A stretch of DNA of 64,000 nucleotides from Octopus vulgaris (taxonomy: Eukaryota): assembly GCA_951406725.2 (NCBI GenBank), contig OX597827.1, positions 9,858,001 through 9,922,000 on the forward strand. The letters run 5' to 3'. Position numbers and translations under genes: made by a program. The notes below the pieces were generated by a model. That model was not told where the DNA came from, searched no databases, and saw only the letters and a list, made by a program, of their open reading frames with translations. Positions 42,034 through 56,581 of this stretch are shown in pieces (positions within the stretch are counted from its first letter, which is position 1; each line of letters starts with the position of its first letter).

Positions 42034-43375
42034 ATGTGTGCGCATGTCTATGCATGAGGTGTGTGTGCGTCTGAGAGAGAGAGAGAGAAAGAGAGAGGAA
42101 GAGAAAGTGTATATGTGATTAAGTAGATATTAATGCATGCACGTGTGTGTGTGTGTCTGTGTGTGTGTGTGGTTGTGTGTGTGTGTGTGTGTTGTGTGTG
42201 TGTGTCCGTGTGTGTCTGTGTGTGGTTGTGTGTGTCTGTTAACATTTGTGTAGATTCATGCATGCTGATATGAAAATGCCATCCGGCATTATTGAAATAC
42301 ATAATAGAATTATTAAGCTATTTTATCAAAACTTTCCCCCCTGATGCATATTTCTTCCGTAAGAGAAAAGTTTATCTCTTGCTTTTTCTGCCCAAATAAT
42401 ATTGTCAATTTGTGCTCTCCAAGATTCTTCTAAACTACCTTCTAGTTCTATTAATCTTTCATGGAAGACTTGGCAACAAATAGTGATCATTTATGATTAA
42501 AGGGGAGAGAGAGAGAAAGAGAGGGAGACAGAGAGAGAGAAAGAGTGTGTGGGCGGATAGAGAGCAAAAAACTAAAACAAAAAATAGTAATAATTCAACA
42601 TCTTTTTAAAATGTTGTTTGAAAACTGCTTGCTATACTGAAAAGAAAATTGACAGAAATGTTTAAAAAAAAATGTGTCTAAGCAATTAAAACATTCAATC
42701 AAGACTTAACTACTTTAAAAGATTAACTGTGAATCCTATTCACTCCTGAAACAAAAACAAATTAGGTCAGATGTACAAGTGGAGCATGTATCTTTTATGC
42801 TTTTTTTGTTTTTTATTAATTCAAATAATAAGCCATGGTGTGCTCTCTGGTTTAAAACCTTCATGATCAAACAGCAAGAATGAACTGGAAGATTTAATAA
42901 ATGTATTTTGGAATGCCACTTGATGTACTGTACTTGGCTGTGATGATTATCTATAATTCTTCTGCCTGTAGGCATCTGTATTATGATTAATCACTGCCAA
43001 TTTGTATCCTTAACAGCTTCTTAACAACAGCTGGGGCGTGCAAAATCTGAGCGATGCGGTGCTTCCTCAGAAAGCCCTATTTCTTCATGGATGAGTCGAG
43101 GCATTTTATTTTGTATTATTTTATTTCGTTTATTTCTCTTTTATTTATTTATTTATTTATTTATTTGGTCATTTCAGTAATTGGATTGAGGTCATACTCA
43201 TGCACTGCCAGCAAGGCTTTTAGCCAACTATAATTGACCCCTGTATATTTAGGTGAGTACGCATTTTTATCAATCTCTATTAAATGGCTAAGGTTACCTT
43301 GAGTTGCATACCTTTTGTAAGTTACCATTTTTAAGGTGGTACTTAATGCAAGGAATATACACAAGAATAAAGATA

Positions 43376-43417
<42 letters not shown>

Positions 43418-43569
43418 GGAGGTTGAAATAACACAGAAGTAAGTCTAAGACATTTCAGATTAAGAAGGAATTAAATAAAAGTGGTTTAAAAAATTATATA
43501 AAGAATATATAATTTATATATATCCTTTATATATAATTTATATGTCTTTCATACATAAAAATTTGATTT

Positions 43570-43945
43570 GTAAAGATCTCTAATCTTCTTTTGAGCATGA
43601 TAGCTACCAGTGTCGCCTACTGGCACTTGTGCTGGTGGCACGTGAAGAACAATATTCAAACGAGATCTTACCCAGTGCTGCTGGACTGACTCCTGTGCAG
43701 GTGGCTCATAAAAAACACCATTTGAATATGGCCGTTGCCAGTACCACCTAACTGGTCCTTGTGCCAGTGGCATGTAAAAGCACCCACTACACACTCGGAG
43801 TGGTTGGTGTTAGGAAGGGCATCAAGCTGTAGAAACTCTGCCAAATCAGATTGGAGCCTGGTGCAGCCTTCTGGAACGCCAGTCCTCAGTCAAATCATCC
43901 AACTCATGCCAGCATGGAAAGCAGACGTTAAACGATGATGATGAT
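43570..43945 (+). mobile_element. Family C (RTE 3' UTR) copy
   Basis: gtggcatgtaaaagcacccactac..ttaggaagggcatc..gacgttaaacgatgatg. Confidence 0.85.
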
Positions 43946-44111
43946 ATATACATATATATATATATTTTTCCTTGTTCCAGTTATTTGACTGTGGGTGTTG
44001 AAGCATCCCCTTGAAGGGTTTTAGTTTGGTGAATCTACCCCAGTACTTATGGTTTTTAAGTCCAGTAATTATTCTATATATTAACATACATACACCCACT
44101 CCCACATGCGT

Positions 44112-44151
<40 letters not shown>

Positions 44152-44574
44152 TTATACACACATACACACACATGCACTCATACACACATACACTCACATG
44201 CACATACACATATGGATGTCAATATTGATACTAACCTATAAAGCAGCAAGGTGGCAGAATTGTTAGCATGCCAGGCAAGTGGCTTGGCATTCCATCCAGT
44301 CCTATGTTCAAATGAAACCAATGTCAACTTTGCCTTTTCATCCTTCTGGGGTCAGCAAAATAAGTATCAGTGGAGCACTGAGATCAATGTAATCCACTTA
44401 GCCCCTCCCCTGAACTTGAAGTCATTATTATTATGTTGCTTGTGCATGCTAATTTAGTGAGCAGGTATTCTAGCTTGAGGTTTAGCAACAACAAGTCTCC
44501 TCAAATCATAAGAATCTTTCTTAAAATTCTTGTAACATATAGGACAGTACATTTCTGCAGGTTGACAATATAAA

Positions 44575-44613
<39 letters not shown>

Positions 44614-44637
44614 CATACTATTATCATTATCATTATT

Positions 44638-44799
44638 GCCTTTGCGCAGCTTCTAACACTGGGGAGTTACTACAGTGTCAGCTGTTCACCACCAGTGAAC
44701 CTAGGTAACACCTCTTATTTTTTGAGCACCTTCCACAGTATTCAAGCGGTTCCAAGCAGTACTGTTTTCTGCAAGTGCTCCACCCTTATTTGTTCCACA

Positions 44800-44800
<1 letters not shown>
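44638..44800 (-). mobile_element. R4/Dong-like (RLE) non-LTR retrotransposon 3' end within (TAA)n
   Basis: VEQIRVEHLQKTVLLGTA*ILWKVLKK* matches the LQK.ALLGTARILRKVL C-terminal motif; (TTA)n on both sides. Confidence 0.75.
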
Positions 44801-44884
<84 letters not shown>

Positions 44885-45317
44885 ATTGAATGAGGGAGCA
44901 ATGCATGCCATCAAAGAGATACTGGGGTACAAATATACAAATCCCGATATACCCATCATGACTACCCGTCTGAGAAGGGTAAACCAGATACACGCATCAC
45001 AATCGTATATGCTTAACATGGTGATCTCATATTAGGATAAACAGAACGTGACCTTGTAGGTGGGGCCCAGTTAGAATTTTCTTCAGGTCGAGTAGCCCAT
45101 CCCACTCAAAAGGTCCCTGAATAAGGTTTGTTCAAGGATGCTGAATGAAACACTTGTTTCCATCATCAGCCACTAAGGGACATGCTCAACTAGTTAAGGT
45201 CAAGCAATTGACAAGCAAATCTGTGGTATTGAGCAAAACATTTCCTGTAGCCCATCTTTTATATTAAGACAAAACATGTACATGATAACACTTCTAATCA
45301 GTTAAGATCAAATGCCT

Positions 45318-45403
<86 letters not shown>

Positions 45404-45438
45404 TTGCAGCTGTTGTTGTTGTTGATGTTGTTGTTATT
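45318..45438. repeat. (GCT)n/(GTT)n microsatellite
   Basis: Read directly from the sequence. Confidence 0.95.
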
Positions 45439-46213
45439 TAGTTCTCATCAGCCCTGTTCAATCAGTTCTAGGATCAAAACATTTAAACCGTGACTAATCA
45501 CATGTTTTTGTATCTGTCAGATTAGAATATATCTCATGTGTCCCTCCATTCTTTAGAGAATAGGTTGTGATTAGAGTAAATTTTGTTTGTTATTTCTAGC
45601 AAAGCGTATGACTGGAGACAAAGAATTACCACATGTTACATCAGGCTCATAATACTAAACTTAAATTGTGCTGCATGTCAGTGGATGATAGTGAAAGGAA
45701 AAACACTGCCTGTCTCTACGTTCAAAATAAAGCCTGATCTTCAATGAAGCTATGACTGCCCGCTATTTACTGTTATAATGACCAGGTTTCTTTCATGTAA
45801 AATCCTTTGATAACATATTTAAACCCCAGTGATCCTTTTTAATGACCATTTGGAGATGCTAAGTCTGGTAAACATGACCAAACAACATCCTGGTTCTCAT
45901 TAGTCCAGTATATCTAGATTCAATGTCCTACCATCGTATGTGTGCGCACATCCACTCAGTTACATAGATGTAGAGTAATATCGAATAGTAGATGTACAAA
46001 CAGAGACAGAAACACACACACACGCATGCACACACACACATATACATGCACATCACACACAGAGCATGCGTGCATGCACATGTGTTTTTGTGTATTAAGT
46101 ATATCTCCATACATGCACAAAAATAAATGTGTTGACATACATACATACACACATATACATACATATATATACACACACACACATATATTTATATATGTAT
46201 GTATGTGTGCATG

Positions 46214-46263
<50 letters not shown>

Positions 46264-46465
46264 TGCACACATATATATACATACACACACACACACACAT
46301 ATATATATACATACATATATGTATATTTATATATATACACACATGCATACAGATACGTACATACATATATAGATATACATACGTACCTACATATATACAT
46401 ATACAAACATATTTATATATATATACACATATAAACATATATATGCATACACACAAACACACATT

Positions 46466-46508
<43 letters not shown>

Positions 46509-47092
46509 TTAAAATGTTCTTTTATTCTTTTATTAGATTGGGTCATTTATCCCTTACTGTGGTTCAAGTTTGTTATACATGCTGTCAGTGAGAAATTTTA
46601 AATAGTAACCACATGGTCATAAGCTCAAATCTTGCCTCACCTAGAGTAACTAAAAAAAACAAAATCCTGCCTGTTTCACTTTGTGTGGCCAGAAACAAAT
46701 CAATTTTGAGTTCCAGTCTTTGGAGAGGTCTCTGTATTGCATGAGAATATCATTGAAATATATCATAATTTCCCTGTTTTGCATCATTTTTGCAACATTA
46801 TTCAACCTGGTGTTATAATTTTCAACAGCAAGTTTCTGGCTCTGTATGTTTTTTTGAAGTTTTATCTAACTTATTTTTGAATTTCAGTATTGTTCAATAT
46901 TGCAAAGCCTTCTGTTCCATTGCCTATCCAGAGGTGAATTTCATGAATTTGGGTAGTATAGTTCACCAGAAAAAACAGACGGTGCTCTGGTTTCATAGTT
47001 TTGAAGAGCAGTTTACATCATCCTTGCCTTTCTCATGGACATCATCAATGCTATGGAAGTAGGAGATTTGCAGATAAGGGCAATTGTTAAAA

Positions 47093-47480
47093 AATAAAAT
47101 AAATGCGCCCTTTTAAAGCCTAGCCATGCTCATGGGCCCGGTTTCCCGGTTTCATTGGCGTATGTGTTCCCCAGCTGGATGGGACATTAGTCCATCACAG
47201 CGTTACTCATTCTTGCCAGCTGAGTGGACTGGAGCAATGTGAAATGAAGTGTTTTGCTCAAGAACACAACACATCGCCAGGTCCAGGAATCGAAACCACA
47301 ATCTTACGATTGTATGTGTTCCTCAGCTGGACAGGATGTCAGTCCATCATAGCGTTACTCATTTTTGCCAGTTGAGTGGACTGGAGCAACGTGAAATGAA
47401 GTGTTTTGCTCAAGAAACACAACGCGTTGCCCGGTCCAGGAAATGAAACCACAATCTTACGATCATGATGCTGAGAATCT
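47093..47480 (-). mobile_element. SINE F (E-type head/core with G-type tail) with ~152-bp internal duplication
   Basis: gtatgtgttcc..gcgttactcatt..gagtggactggagcaa..ccaggaa..cacaatcttacgat occurs twice. Confidence 0.85.
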
Positions 47481-48094
47481 ATGAGAGTGTCTTTCTTGGT
47501 GCAGAAACCCAGGTCATTAATAGCAAACAAAAACAAACATTGATTTCCATTATAAAGAAATTGTTGTTTGCTGAACCAACAAAGACATCTGTGTGTGGTT
47601 ATTTTTAACCTGATCGAAATACAAGTTGGAATACACAAAACACAAAAAGAAACATTTGGATTGCTTGATGAAATTAGCAAAAAACTGAGAGAAATCTTAA
47701 GTGCATATTTTATTTTATAGTTTTTCACTTGTTTGTTTCCATCATTGAACTGCGGTCATGCTGGAGCACTGCCAAGAAAGGTTTCATCAAATGAATTGAC
47801 TCCGGTACTCATCTTTTAAAGTCAGGTTCTTGTTCTATGGTCTCTTTTACTGAGCCACTTACTGGGATGTAAAGGAACCAACACTAGTTGCCAAGTGGTG
47901 TAGTGGGGAAAAACACAACACAAACACATTGACATACACACATGTGTTGTATATAGATCAGTTACAGCATTCCTTAAAATCAAAGTATATCACCATGTAT
48001 GACACCGGGAATAGCTGAGTACTTAGTATCAAGTTCACAGTTAAAGCAACTCTTCATTGTCATTTGTTGGTAGTATACTCTGAGTATTTTGTTA

Positions 48095-48470
48095 TCATCA
48101 TCGTCATCATCATCATCATCGCTTAACGTCCGTTTTCCATGCTAGCATGGGCTGGACAGTTCAACCAGGGTCTGGGAAGCCAGGAGGCTGCACCAGGCTC
48201 CAGCCAGATCTGGCAGTGTTTCTACAGCTGGATGCCCTTCCTAATGCCAACCACTCTGTGAGTGTAGTGGGTGCTTTTTATGTGCCCAGAGGTGGCTGGC
48301 AAATGGCCACAATTGGTTGGTGCTTTTTACGTGTCACTGACACAGACGCCAGTCATGCGTGCTGCCATCGGCCACTTTCGGATGGTGCTTTTTACGTGAC
48401 ACTGGCACAGGGATCACAACTACAATTTCCATTTGATTTTTATTTTGATGTTGATATTGATGTACTTGAC
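48095..48470 (-). mobile_element. Family C (RTE 3' UTR) copy
   Basis: (cat)n followed by ctacagctggatgcccttcctaatgccaaccac. Confidence 0.85.
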
Positions 48471-49552
48471 TCAATAGGTCTCCTCAAACACAGTGGGTCA
48501 CATGGTCCAAATTTACAGAAAACAAAAGACAAAAACAGTTGAGGAAACAACAAGCAGGTGTTTTAGTTTGATGCTCAGGAAGAATGCAAAAATCTCTGAC
48601 ATTTTGATCCTCAACAGAAAGGGACGAAAGGAAAAATAGAGAGAGAAAAAATGTGTTGAGATTACATGCACATCTATCTATATATGTAAATATACACATA
48701 CACACACACGCGCGAGCATTTCAAATCCAACATTAACCCAAGGTCCAGCCCAAGGTTGATTCCAAATATGGCATATGTGTAAATAAAGGACACATGTAGG
48801 GCTCAAAACTTACATCAGCTGATTCAGCAGTATTTTATAGATGCATTCTTAGATTATCTCTTATACATATTTGGCAGGCTTCCACAGTATTTTTGTCAAG
48901 GAAATTCATTTACAAAGCATTGGTTAGCTCATTGCTATTGCAGAAAACACTTGCCCTAGATGCTGCAGAGTGAGATTGAACCTGTACTCTCATGTTTGCA
49001 AAGTGAGCATCTTAACCACACAACCACGCTTGCACCTTATAATTGTAATTTCTTTGTATTACAATAAATTTTCCAAATTTTCCAAATGTTTCCTCAGCGT
49101 CCTATTTTATAACCAGTTTCCCAGGGAAGCAGCATTGTCTTAGAGAATTCAGATGTTGGCAAGAGTTCTTATATAAAAAAAACAAAACAAAAAAAAGACC
49201 CCCCCCCCAAAAAAACCAAAAAAAAAAACCAAATGTTTTCTTGGCTTAATTAGACGTGTTGTCAAGTTGGGTTGTCTTTTTATGTAGCATATTGGGCATT
49301 CTTCACTATATTCTTCCTTCATCAAAGAGAATTCAAACTAATATCTATCTTCATGGTAGACTGAATCAAAAGCAGTAATTCTAGAAGAGATTTTTTCCTT
49401 CTTTCTTTCTTTCTTTCCCTGTTCTTCTCTCTCTCTCTCTTCATCTTTTTTCTCAGAGGAGAAGAAGAAAAAGAAGTGACAACACACTGTAGGTGAGATT
49501 TTTCATAAAAATAAGTGTAGAAGCATGAGATTTTTCATTATTAATGATTGCA

Positions 49553-49555
<3 letters not shown>

Positions 49556-49641
<86 letters not shown>

Positions 49642-49667
49642 TGCACACACACACACACACACACACA
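49556..49667. repeat. (CA)n microsatellite
   Basis: Read directly from the sequence. Confidence 0.95.
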
Positions 49668-50209
49668 TATCTTCATACCTACAAATACACATACATACCC
49701 ACACATTGAAGCATGCATTCATAGATGCATACTCACAGACACACACGTCAATGCACTCACAACACCATCCATATTAAAAAGTGCACAAATTCTCCACACA
49801 CACATCCTCATACACACACGTGCACACACACATATGCTTACTTACACACAGACACACACACACATACATACATACATACACACAATCACAACTGCATGCA
49901 TTTACACAGACATACAGATGTATCCTGAGAAATATCCATGCACAAAAAACCAGATACACATACTGATATATATGTGCATACACATACACACGCATATACA
50001 AATATAATTATGTACACATTTTGATCACCCAAATTACTTCATATTTTCATTAATGATCAATTAGTACTTCACATCATTTGCCTGTCACAGAGCTCTTCAA
50101 AAATTGGCCACATACAGAAATTGAGATTAAACTTTTCAAAAGTAATTTATCAACGCATAATTTTTTACAAAAAAAAAGACAAAATCCATGTCAAAACCAA
50201 AATGACGTT

Positions 50210-50276
50210 AACAACAACAACAACAACAATAATAATAATAATAATAATGATAATAATAATAATGATAATAATAATA

Positions 50277-50362
<86 letters not shown>

Positions 50363-50678
50363 AATAATAATAATAATAATAATAATGATGATGATGATGA
50401 TAATAATAATGATGATAATAATGATAATAATAATAATATTAATAATAATATTAATAATGATGATAATGATGATGATGATAATGATGATAATAATGATAAT
50501 AATAATATTAATAATAATCATAATCATAATAATCATAATAATGATGATAATAATAATAATAATAATATTGATAATAACAGTAATAATAATATCAACTATC
50601 ATCATCATCATCATCATGATAATTGTTGTTGATGTTGTGGTGGTGGTGGTGGTGGTGGTGGTGATGATGATAATGATA
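50210..50678. repeat. (AAC)/(AAT)/(GAT)/(CAT)/(GGT) compound array
   Basis: Read directly; gives the poly-N/D ORF. Confidence 0.95.
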
Positions 50679-51301
50679 GCAAGAAAAACAAAAAATGGAA
50701 AAATTCTGAAATTCGATATTTTAAAGCCAGTATCTTCTGGATTTCCCTTCCCATCAGTATGAAATAGGTACAACTAGAATGTTGCAATGATAGTGATCAT
50801 GTTTTCAAAGAAAGAGATACAGCCTCATATCACCTGGTATAAAGTACCCTCTCTTTCTCAAATAATCTCGCCTTCACCTTGTCGAAGGGCCATTTTTTTA
50901 CTGCTTGTTTTCCCTATTCATTTCCTGTCTTGCGAGTCACTTGGTGGCCACACTAGTGCCACTGGCAGGAGAAACAAAAGCACCCAGTGCACACTGTAAA
51001 GTGGTTGGTGGGAGGAAAGGCAGTCAGCTACAGAAACCATGTCAAAGCTGATACTGGACCTCGATACACTCCTGCAGCACATTAGATACTGTCAAACCAT
51101 CCAGTCAATGCTAGCTTAGAAAACGGATGTTAAATGATGATGGTCTCACATACACAAACATGTGTTTGTTAAGGATCATGGCTTAGTTGTTGGGGCATCT
51201 GGTTAATCATACAGTCGTGGATTTGTAAACTGGTGTAGCATTGTGACCTTCAGGACATTGCTCCAGTCCACTCCACTGGCACAAAAGAGTAGTATGATAC
51301 C

Positions 51302-51532
51302 TATTTCTTTACTACCCACAAGGGGCTAAACACAGAGGGGATAAACAAGGACAGACAAACAGATTAAGTTGATTGCATCGACCCCAGTGCATAACTGGTA
51401 CTTAATTTATCCACCCCGAAAGGATGAAAGGCAAAGTCAACCTCAGCAGAATTTGAACTCAGAACATAATGGCAGACAAAATACGGCTACGTGTTTTGCC
51501 CAGTGTGCTAACGTTTCTGCCAGCTCGCTGCC
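51302..51532 (-). mobile_element. SINE B inserted into a SINE E (51175-51597), 12-bp TSD
   Basis: tagtatgatacc at 51290-51301 and 51534-51545. Confidence 0.9.
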
Positions 51533-51858
51533 TTAGTATGATACCAGTTATTCACATTCTGTGTTATTCTGAATCACCCTGTGAACTATGTTAAGCATAT
51601 ATATATACATACATATATATATATATATGACTGTGCAAAATGAGAGAAAGCTTTGATCACAGCTGCATATTTTGATGAACTATATCTCCGAACCCCCAGA
51701 AACAGGTGTTGGGCTTGTAACACCTTTTTTCCTTCCCTTTAATTTTCTCTGTCGTTTGTACTCTATGTAAGCTGGATCAATCTATGTATTCATACTTAAA
51801 TATTCATCGTCTAAAAGTCTTCACATTTTATTTTCTCTCATTTTGCATGTAGACGTAC

Positions 51859-52270
51859 CCTTTTACTTCTTTCAGTCATTTTGACTGTCGCCATGCTGGA
51901 GCACTGCCTTTAGTTAAACAAATCAAACCCAGGACTTATTCTTTGTAAGCCTAGTACTTATTCTATCAGCATCTTTTGCTGAACCACTAAGTTACAGGGA
52001 TGTAAACACACCAGCATCAGTTGTCAAGCAATAGTGGGGGGACAAGCACAGACATATACCACTCCCATACACACACACACACACCCACACATACATATAT
52101 ATATATATACACGATGGGATTCTTTTAGTTTCTGTCTACCAAATCTACTCACAAGGGTTTGGTCGGTCCGAGTCTATAGAAGATGACACTTGCCCAAAGT
52201 GCCATGCAGTGTGACTGAACCCAGAACCATGTGGTTGGACAGTAAGGTTCTTACCACACAGCCACCTCCA
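51859..52270 (-). mobile_element. SINE A, diverged
   Basis: Same layout as the family consensus. Confidence 0.85.
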
Positions 52271-52817
52271 TATGCATGTATGTATGTAAGTACTAGGTAT
52301 CACAGTGGCTAAATCATTTACTCTCAATCAATGTGTCTCTCTTCATATGTCCAGATATATATATATATATTGTGATACAAATAAAATAAGTATCCACACT
52401 ATTTTTTCTCCTTTTTCTTATAGTAATAATTGTATATATTGAGAGAATTTTCCCAATATATCATTGATAACACCAGTTGATCTCTGGATTTTATAATCTC
52501 TAAAGAGGACACTATATTTTCATCTGACTATATACACATACATACATACATACACATATATATAATTGTTTTCAAAATTTAAAAACAATATATATCAAGT
52601 AAAGAATGAATAAAGGACACAATACATGACATAAAGTGACATAACTTTTATAAGAACTGTTCAGTGTAATCTCAGTGTTTTGCCAAGAGTGACGAGTCAC
52701 CCTCAACATAACTTTGAAGTTATATTAACAATTCTAATTAGTCTCATTTGACAAACTCTTCAAAATAATGATCAATACTTTGCATAATAAAGAATCATAT
52801 ACACTTATGCATATGCA

Positions 52818-52863
<46 letters not shown>

Positions 52864-53042
52864 CGGATTTCTAAAGTAGACTGTCTAGTTAATACCCAAA
52901 TCTACTGGGCATTGGTTTGACCTGGGGCCCTATTAGAATGTAGATACCCAGAGTGCATACTGTAGGATTGAACCTCAAACTGCATGGCAGTAAAAAAGGC
53001 TCCTTAACTGCTCAACCAACTCTATATTGTGTGTGTATATAA

Positions 53043-53076
<34 letters not shown>

Positions 53077-53242
53077 GTACATACATACATACATATATAT
53101 ATATGTACATACATACATACATACATACATACATACATACATACATACATACTTACATATATATACATACATACAAACATGCATACATGCATACATACAT
53201 ACATATATATATATATATGTGTATATATATACATATATATAT

Positions 53243-53301
<59 letters not shown>

Positions 53302-54066
53302 TAGATACACACACACATATATTGGATGAGAAAGGTATATTCCAAAGAATTATTCAAATGAATTAATGTAACTCATTGGCTAATTACATAAAAATTTTTT
53401 GATATGTATATACATTTTTTTTTTTGTTCACAGCCCTTCCTCTTTTAAATCTGGTTTTTGTCAAAGGATATTAATTTCAGCCTTTCCTTAGATATCGGTG
53501 GCCTCCTAGTTAGTATATTAAATTCACTGCTATCGTGAACAAGAACTATATGTAATCTTCTAAAAGCTCATCACAAATGAATTTCCATTTTATAAATGTC
53601 TAATGGGTTAACTTTTTATGGAAACAAAACATTAAAACAAAATATAATAACAGGAAAAAAAAAAGAATTTGATGGTGTGAGTATAATTGAACACATCATT
53701 AGTAATTAGTCGTGCATGTAACTGTGTATAGGGGTGTGTGAGGGGAGGGTGTTGTCAGGCCGTCATTTTCCCCTTCCTTCCTTCCATATGTTCTTTTTCA
53801 CCTCATCCTGCTTTGTCCTTTTTTTCCCCCACCCCCACCGTCATTTTTCCTTGATTATTGAGTAAATGAAACTCACGCAGCTGTTGATAGTATTGTTGTT
53901 GTTGTTGTTGTTGTCAGCATGCTTGGTGGTTCTTGCTGATGTTGTTGTGAAATGGAAGAACCCATGTGTAGGCAAGGAACAAAGGAGAAAAATATCCTTA
54001 TATGCATGCGTACATACATCCTCATGTGTATATAAATTCATAATTATAAGTCAGTCATACACACAT

Positions 54067-54100
<34 letters not shown>

Positions 54101-54118
54101 TTATATATATACATATAC

Positions 54119-54157
<39 letters not shown>

Positions 54158-54239
54158 CATATATATATTTGGATGCATACACACACATACACACATATTA
54201 GATATTATATATATGTGCATATATATATATATGCATATA

Positions 54240-54284
<45 letters not shown>

Positions 54285-54335
54285 GTATATATATATATAT
54301 ATATATACATATGTATATATATATATATGTATATA

Positions 54336-54379
<44 letters not shown>

Positions 54380-54978
54380 TCCTTCATCAAAGGGTTGGAC
54401 GAGAGATTGCCAGGATGGGGGAGATATTAGATGATGGTTGCCTTAAATGAAGTGGAGATAGCAAAAAGAAGGAAGGAAAAATAAGTATTAAAAAAAATAA
54501 TAATAATAAATAATAATAATAATGAAAATATATCAATTGGAAGCCTGTGCAGCAGAACGTATGAAGATAAAGAAGGCGGGGGGGCGGGGGGCGGGGGTCG
54601 GGGGAAACTGAGATGATGAGGAAATATAATAAAACATAAAGGAGATGGCTGACAATGAACTCGAGTAAAAGTTTAGTGACATTGATGATGAAAAGACCGA
54701 GAAAGTAAAACGTAAGGATTATGGAAGAAGAGGAGGAGAGAGGTAAGAAAGCAAAATCAATATGGCGAATAAATGTGATAGATGAAGGTAAAACAGGATG
54801 GGTTAGATGGGGGGGGGGAGAAAAATCAGAGCTTTCTTACACGTTCGTACGCATTTATACATATCTAATATCAACATTATGCACACCTTCAGCATAATCA
54901 CAAAAGAAATAGATACTGAATACATGTGTAAGTACATTTTACATGTACATATACATATATATATACATATATATATAC

Positions 54979-55038
<60 letters not shown>

Positions 55039-55133
55039 GTGTGTGTGTGTATGTATATATATATATATATCTGTATGTGTGTGTGTATGTATATATATAT
55101 ATATCTGTATGTGTGTGTATGTATATATATGTA

Positions 55134-55169
<36 letters not shown>

Positions 55170-55774
55170 TATATGTGTGTGTATGTATATATATGTATGT
55201 GTCGTATGTATATATATATATACACACACATCTATATATATATATATACATATATATATATTTGTGTGTGTGTGTGTAATATATATACATCTATATTTAT
55301 ACATATACATATATACACACATACACACACACACACACACAGACATATATATATATATATATACATATGCATATATACATTTATATATCTGTACTCATAT
55401 GTATGCATATGTATATAACCACCTACTTCCCCACTAATCCTTGGCCCATTCCACTGTATACACCACCCTGTAACTTAGATGTATGGTTTCAACTTCATCT
55501 CTGTCACATCTTCACTGTCTTGCTCTCCCCCTCTCTCTTCTCTGTCAGAGGAAGATATGTCTGTCTTTTGATATAAGACACTTTTCTGTCTCTCACTACT
55601 ACTCTCCCCTCTCAACTTGCCCTCCTGCTAGTTATTTGGTGACCTCACTGCTTCTGGCGCCATGTAAAATCTTAAAGTAGGTTGGTGTTTGGAAGGGTAT
55701 CCAATTGTAGAAATGAAACCTTGCCAAAACATACAACAGAGGCTGGTAAGAACTCAGCTTTGTCACATAACATG

Positions 55775-56581
55775 AAAATTAACATACTGATAGCAGACTT
55801 AGGACAATGAACAACGTGGCCCCACTATGCGAACCCTATGAAACGAAGAAATGTACAGAACTTCATGCACCACATGCAATTCTCTGGATATGATCAGAAA
55901 GATAGGGTTTGAGTATACTGGGGTGCTAGAAAGAAGTTAGATAACATTATACCTAAGGATACCAGTGGTGCCTGCCCTAGATATAGAAACAATGACTGGA
56001 ATAGGATACAAAGAACTTGTGACAAAGCAAACAAGGTGAACACCAGGTATAAAACCGACAAATATCAAGGAGTGATGTTTGTAGAGGCCACAACCCATGG
56101 AGAACTAGCCCGTAGATTTAGGAAAGCTCTGAAAGAGACCAAACTCAACATTAAGATTGTTGAAAAGCCAGGGAACTCCATTAGATCACAACTATGTAGG
56201 ATGTACCCCTTTGAGAATACCATATGCATCAATGGTAACTGCATGGTATGTAGGATTAGCCCTGGCATTAACTGTAGAACTAGAAATGCAGTTTACAGCG
56301 TAAGATGCATAGAAGGTGCTTGTAAAGACATGAATATGACATACATAGGGGAGACATCTAAGAGCATTGTGGAATGACTAAATGAACATGTGAGACAATA
56401 TGATGACAAAAAACAGTCCTCCATACTCTACCAACATACCAAGGACCAACATAGAGGCAACCTGGGTCAACTTGACATCCGCATTTTATCCAAACAACCA
56501 AAGGACCCAACACTCAGACACATACAGGAGTACGTTCTCATAAATGAAACATCCCCAGTACTAAATAGGAAATATACATAG
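55775..56581 (+). pseudogene. Penelope-like element remnant: RT C-terminal/linker region and GIY-YIG endonuclease
   Basis: MHHMQFSGYDQKDRV*..MFVEATTHGELARRFR..CINGNCMVC..CRTRNAVYSVRC..TYIGETSKSIVE*LNEH..LYQHTKDQH..RHIQE..PVLN. The VY..YIGET motif is present, with in-frame TGA at 55910 and 56375. Confidence 0.88.

Noticed and set aside
46780-47060. LINE ORF2 remnant (FKNKLDK..EP) on the minus strand
   Set aside because: Plausible, but too decayed to set boundaries or assign a family.
50078-50773. Poly-Asn/Asp acidic protein
   Set aside because: (AAT)/(GAT) microsatellite.
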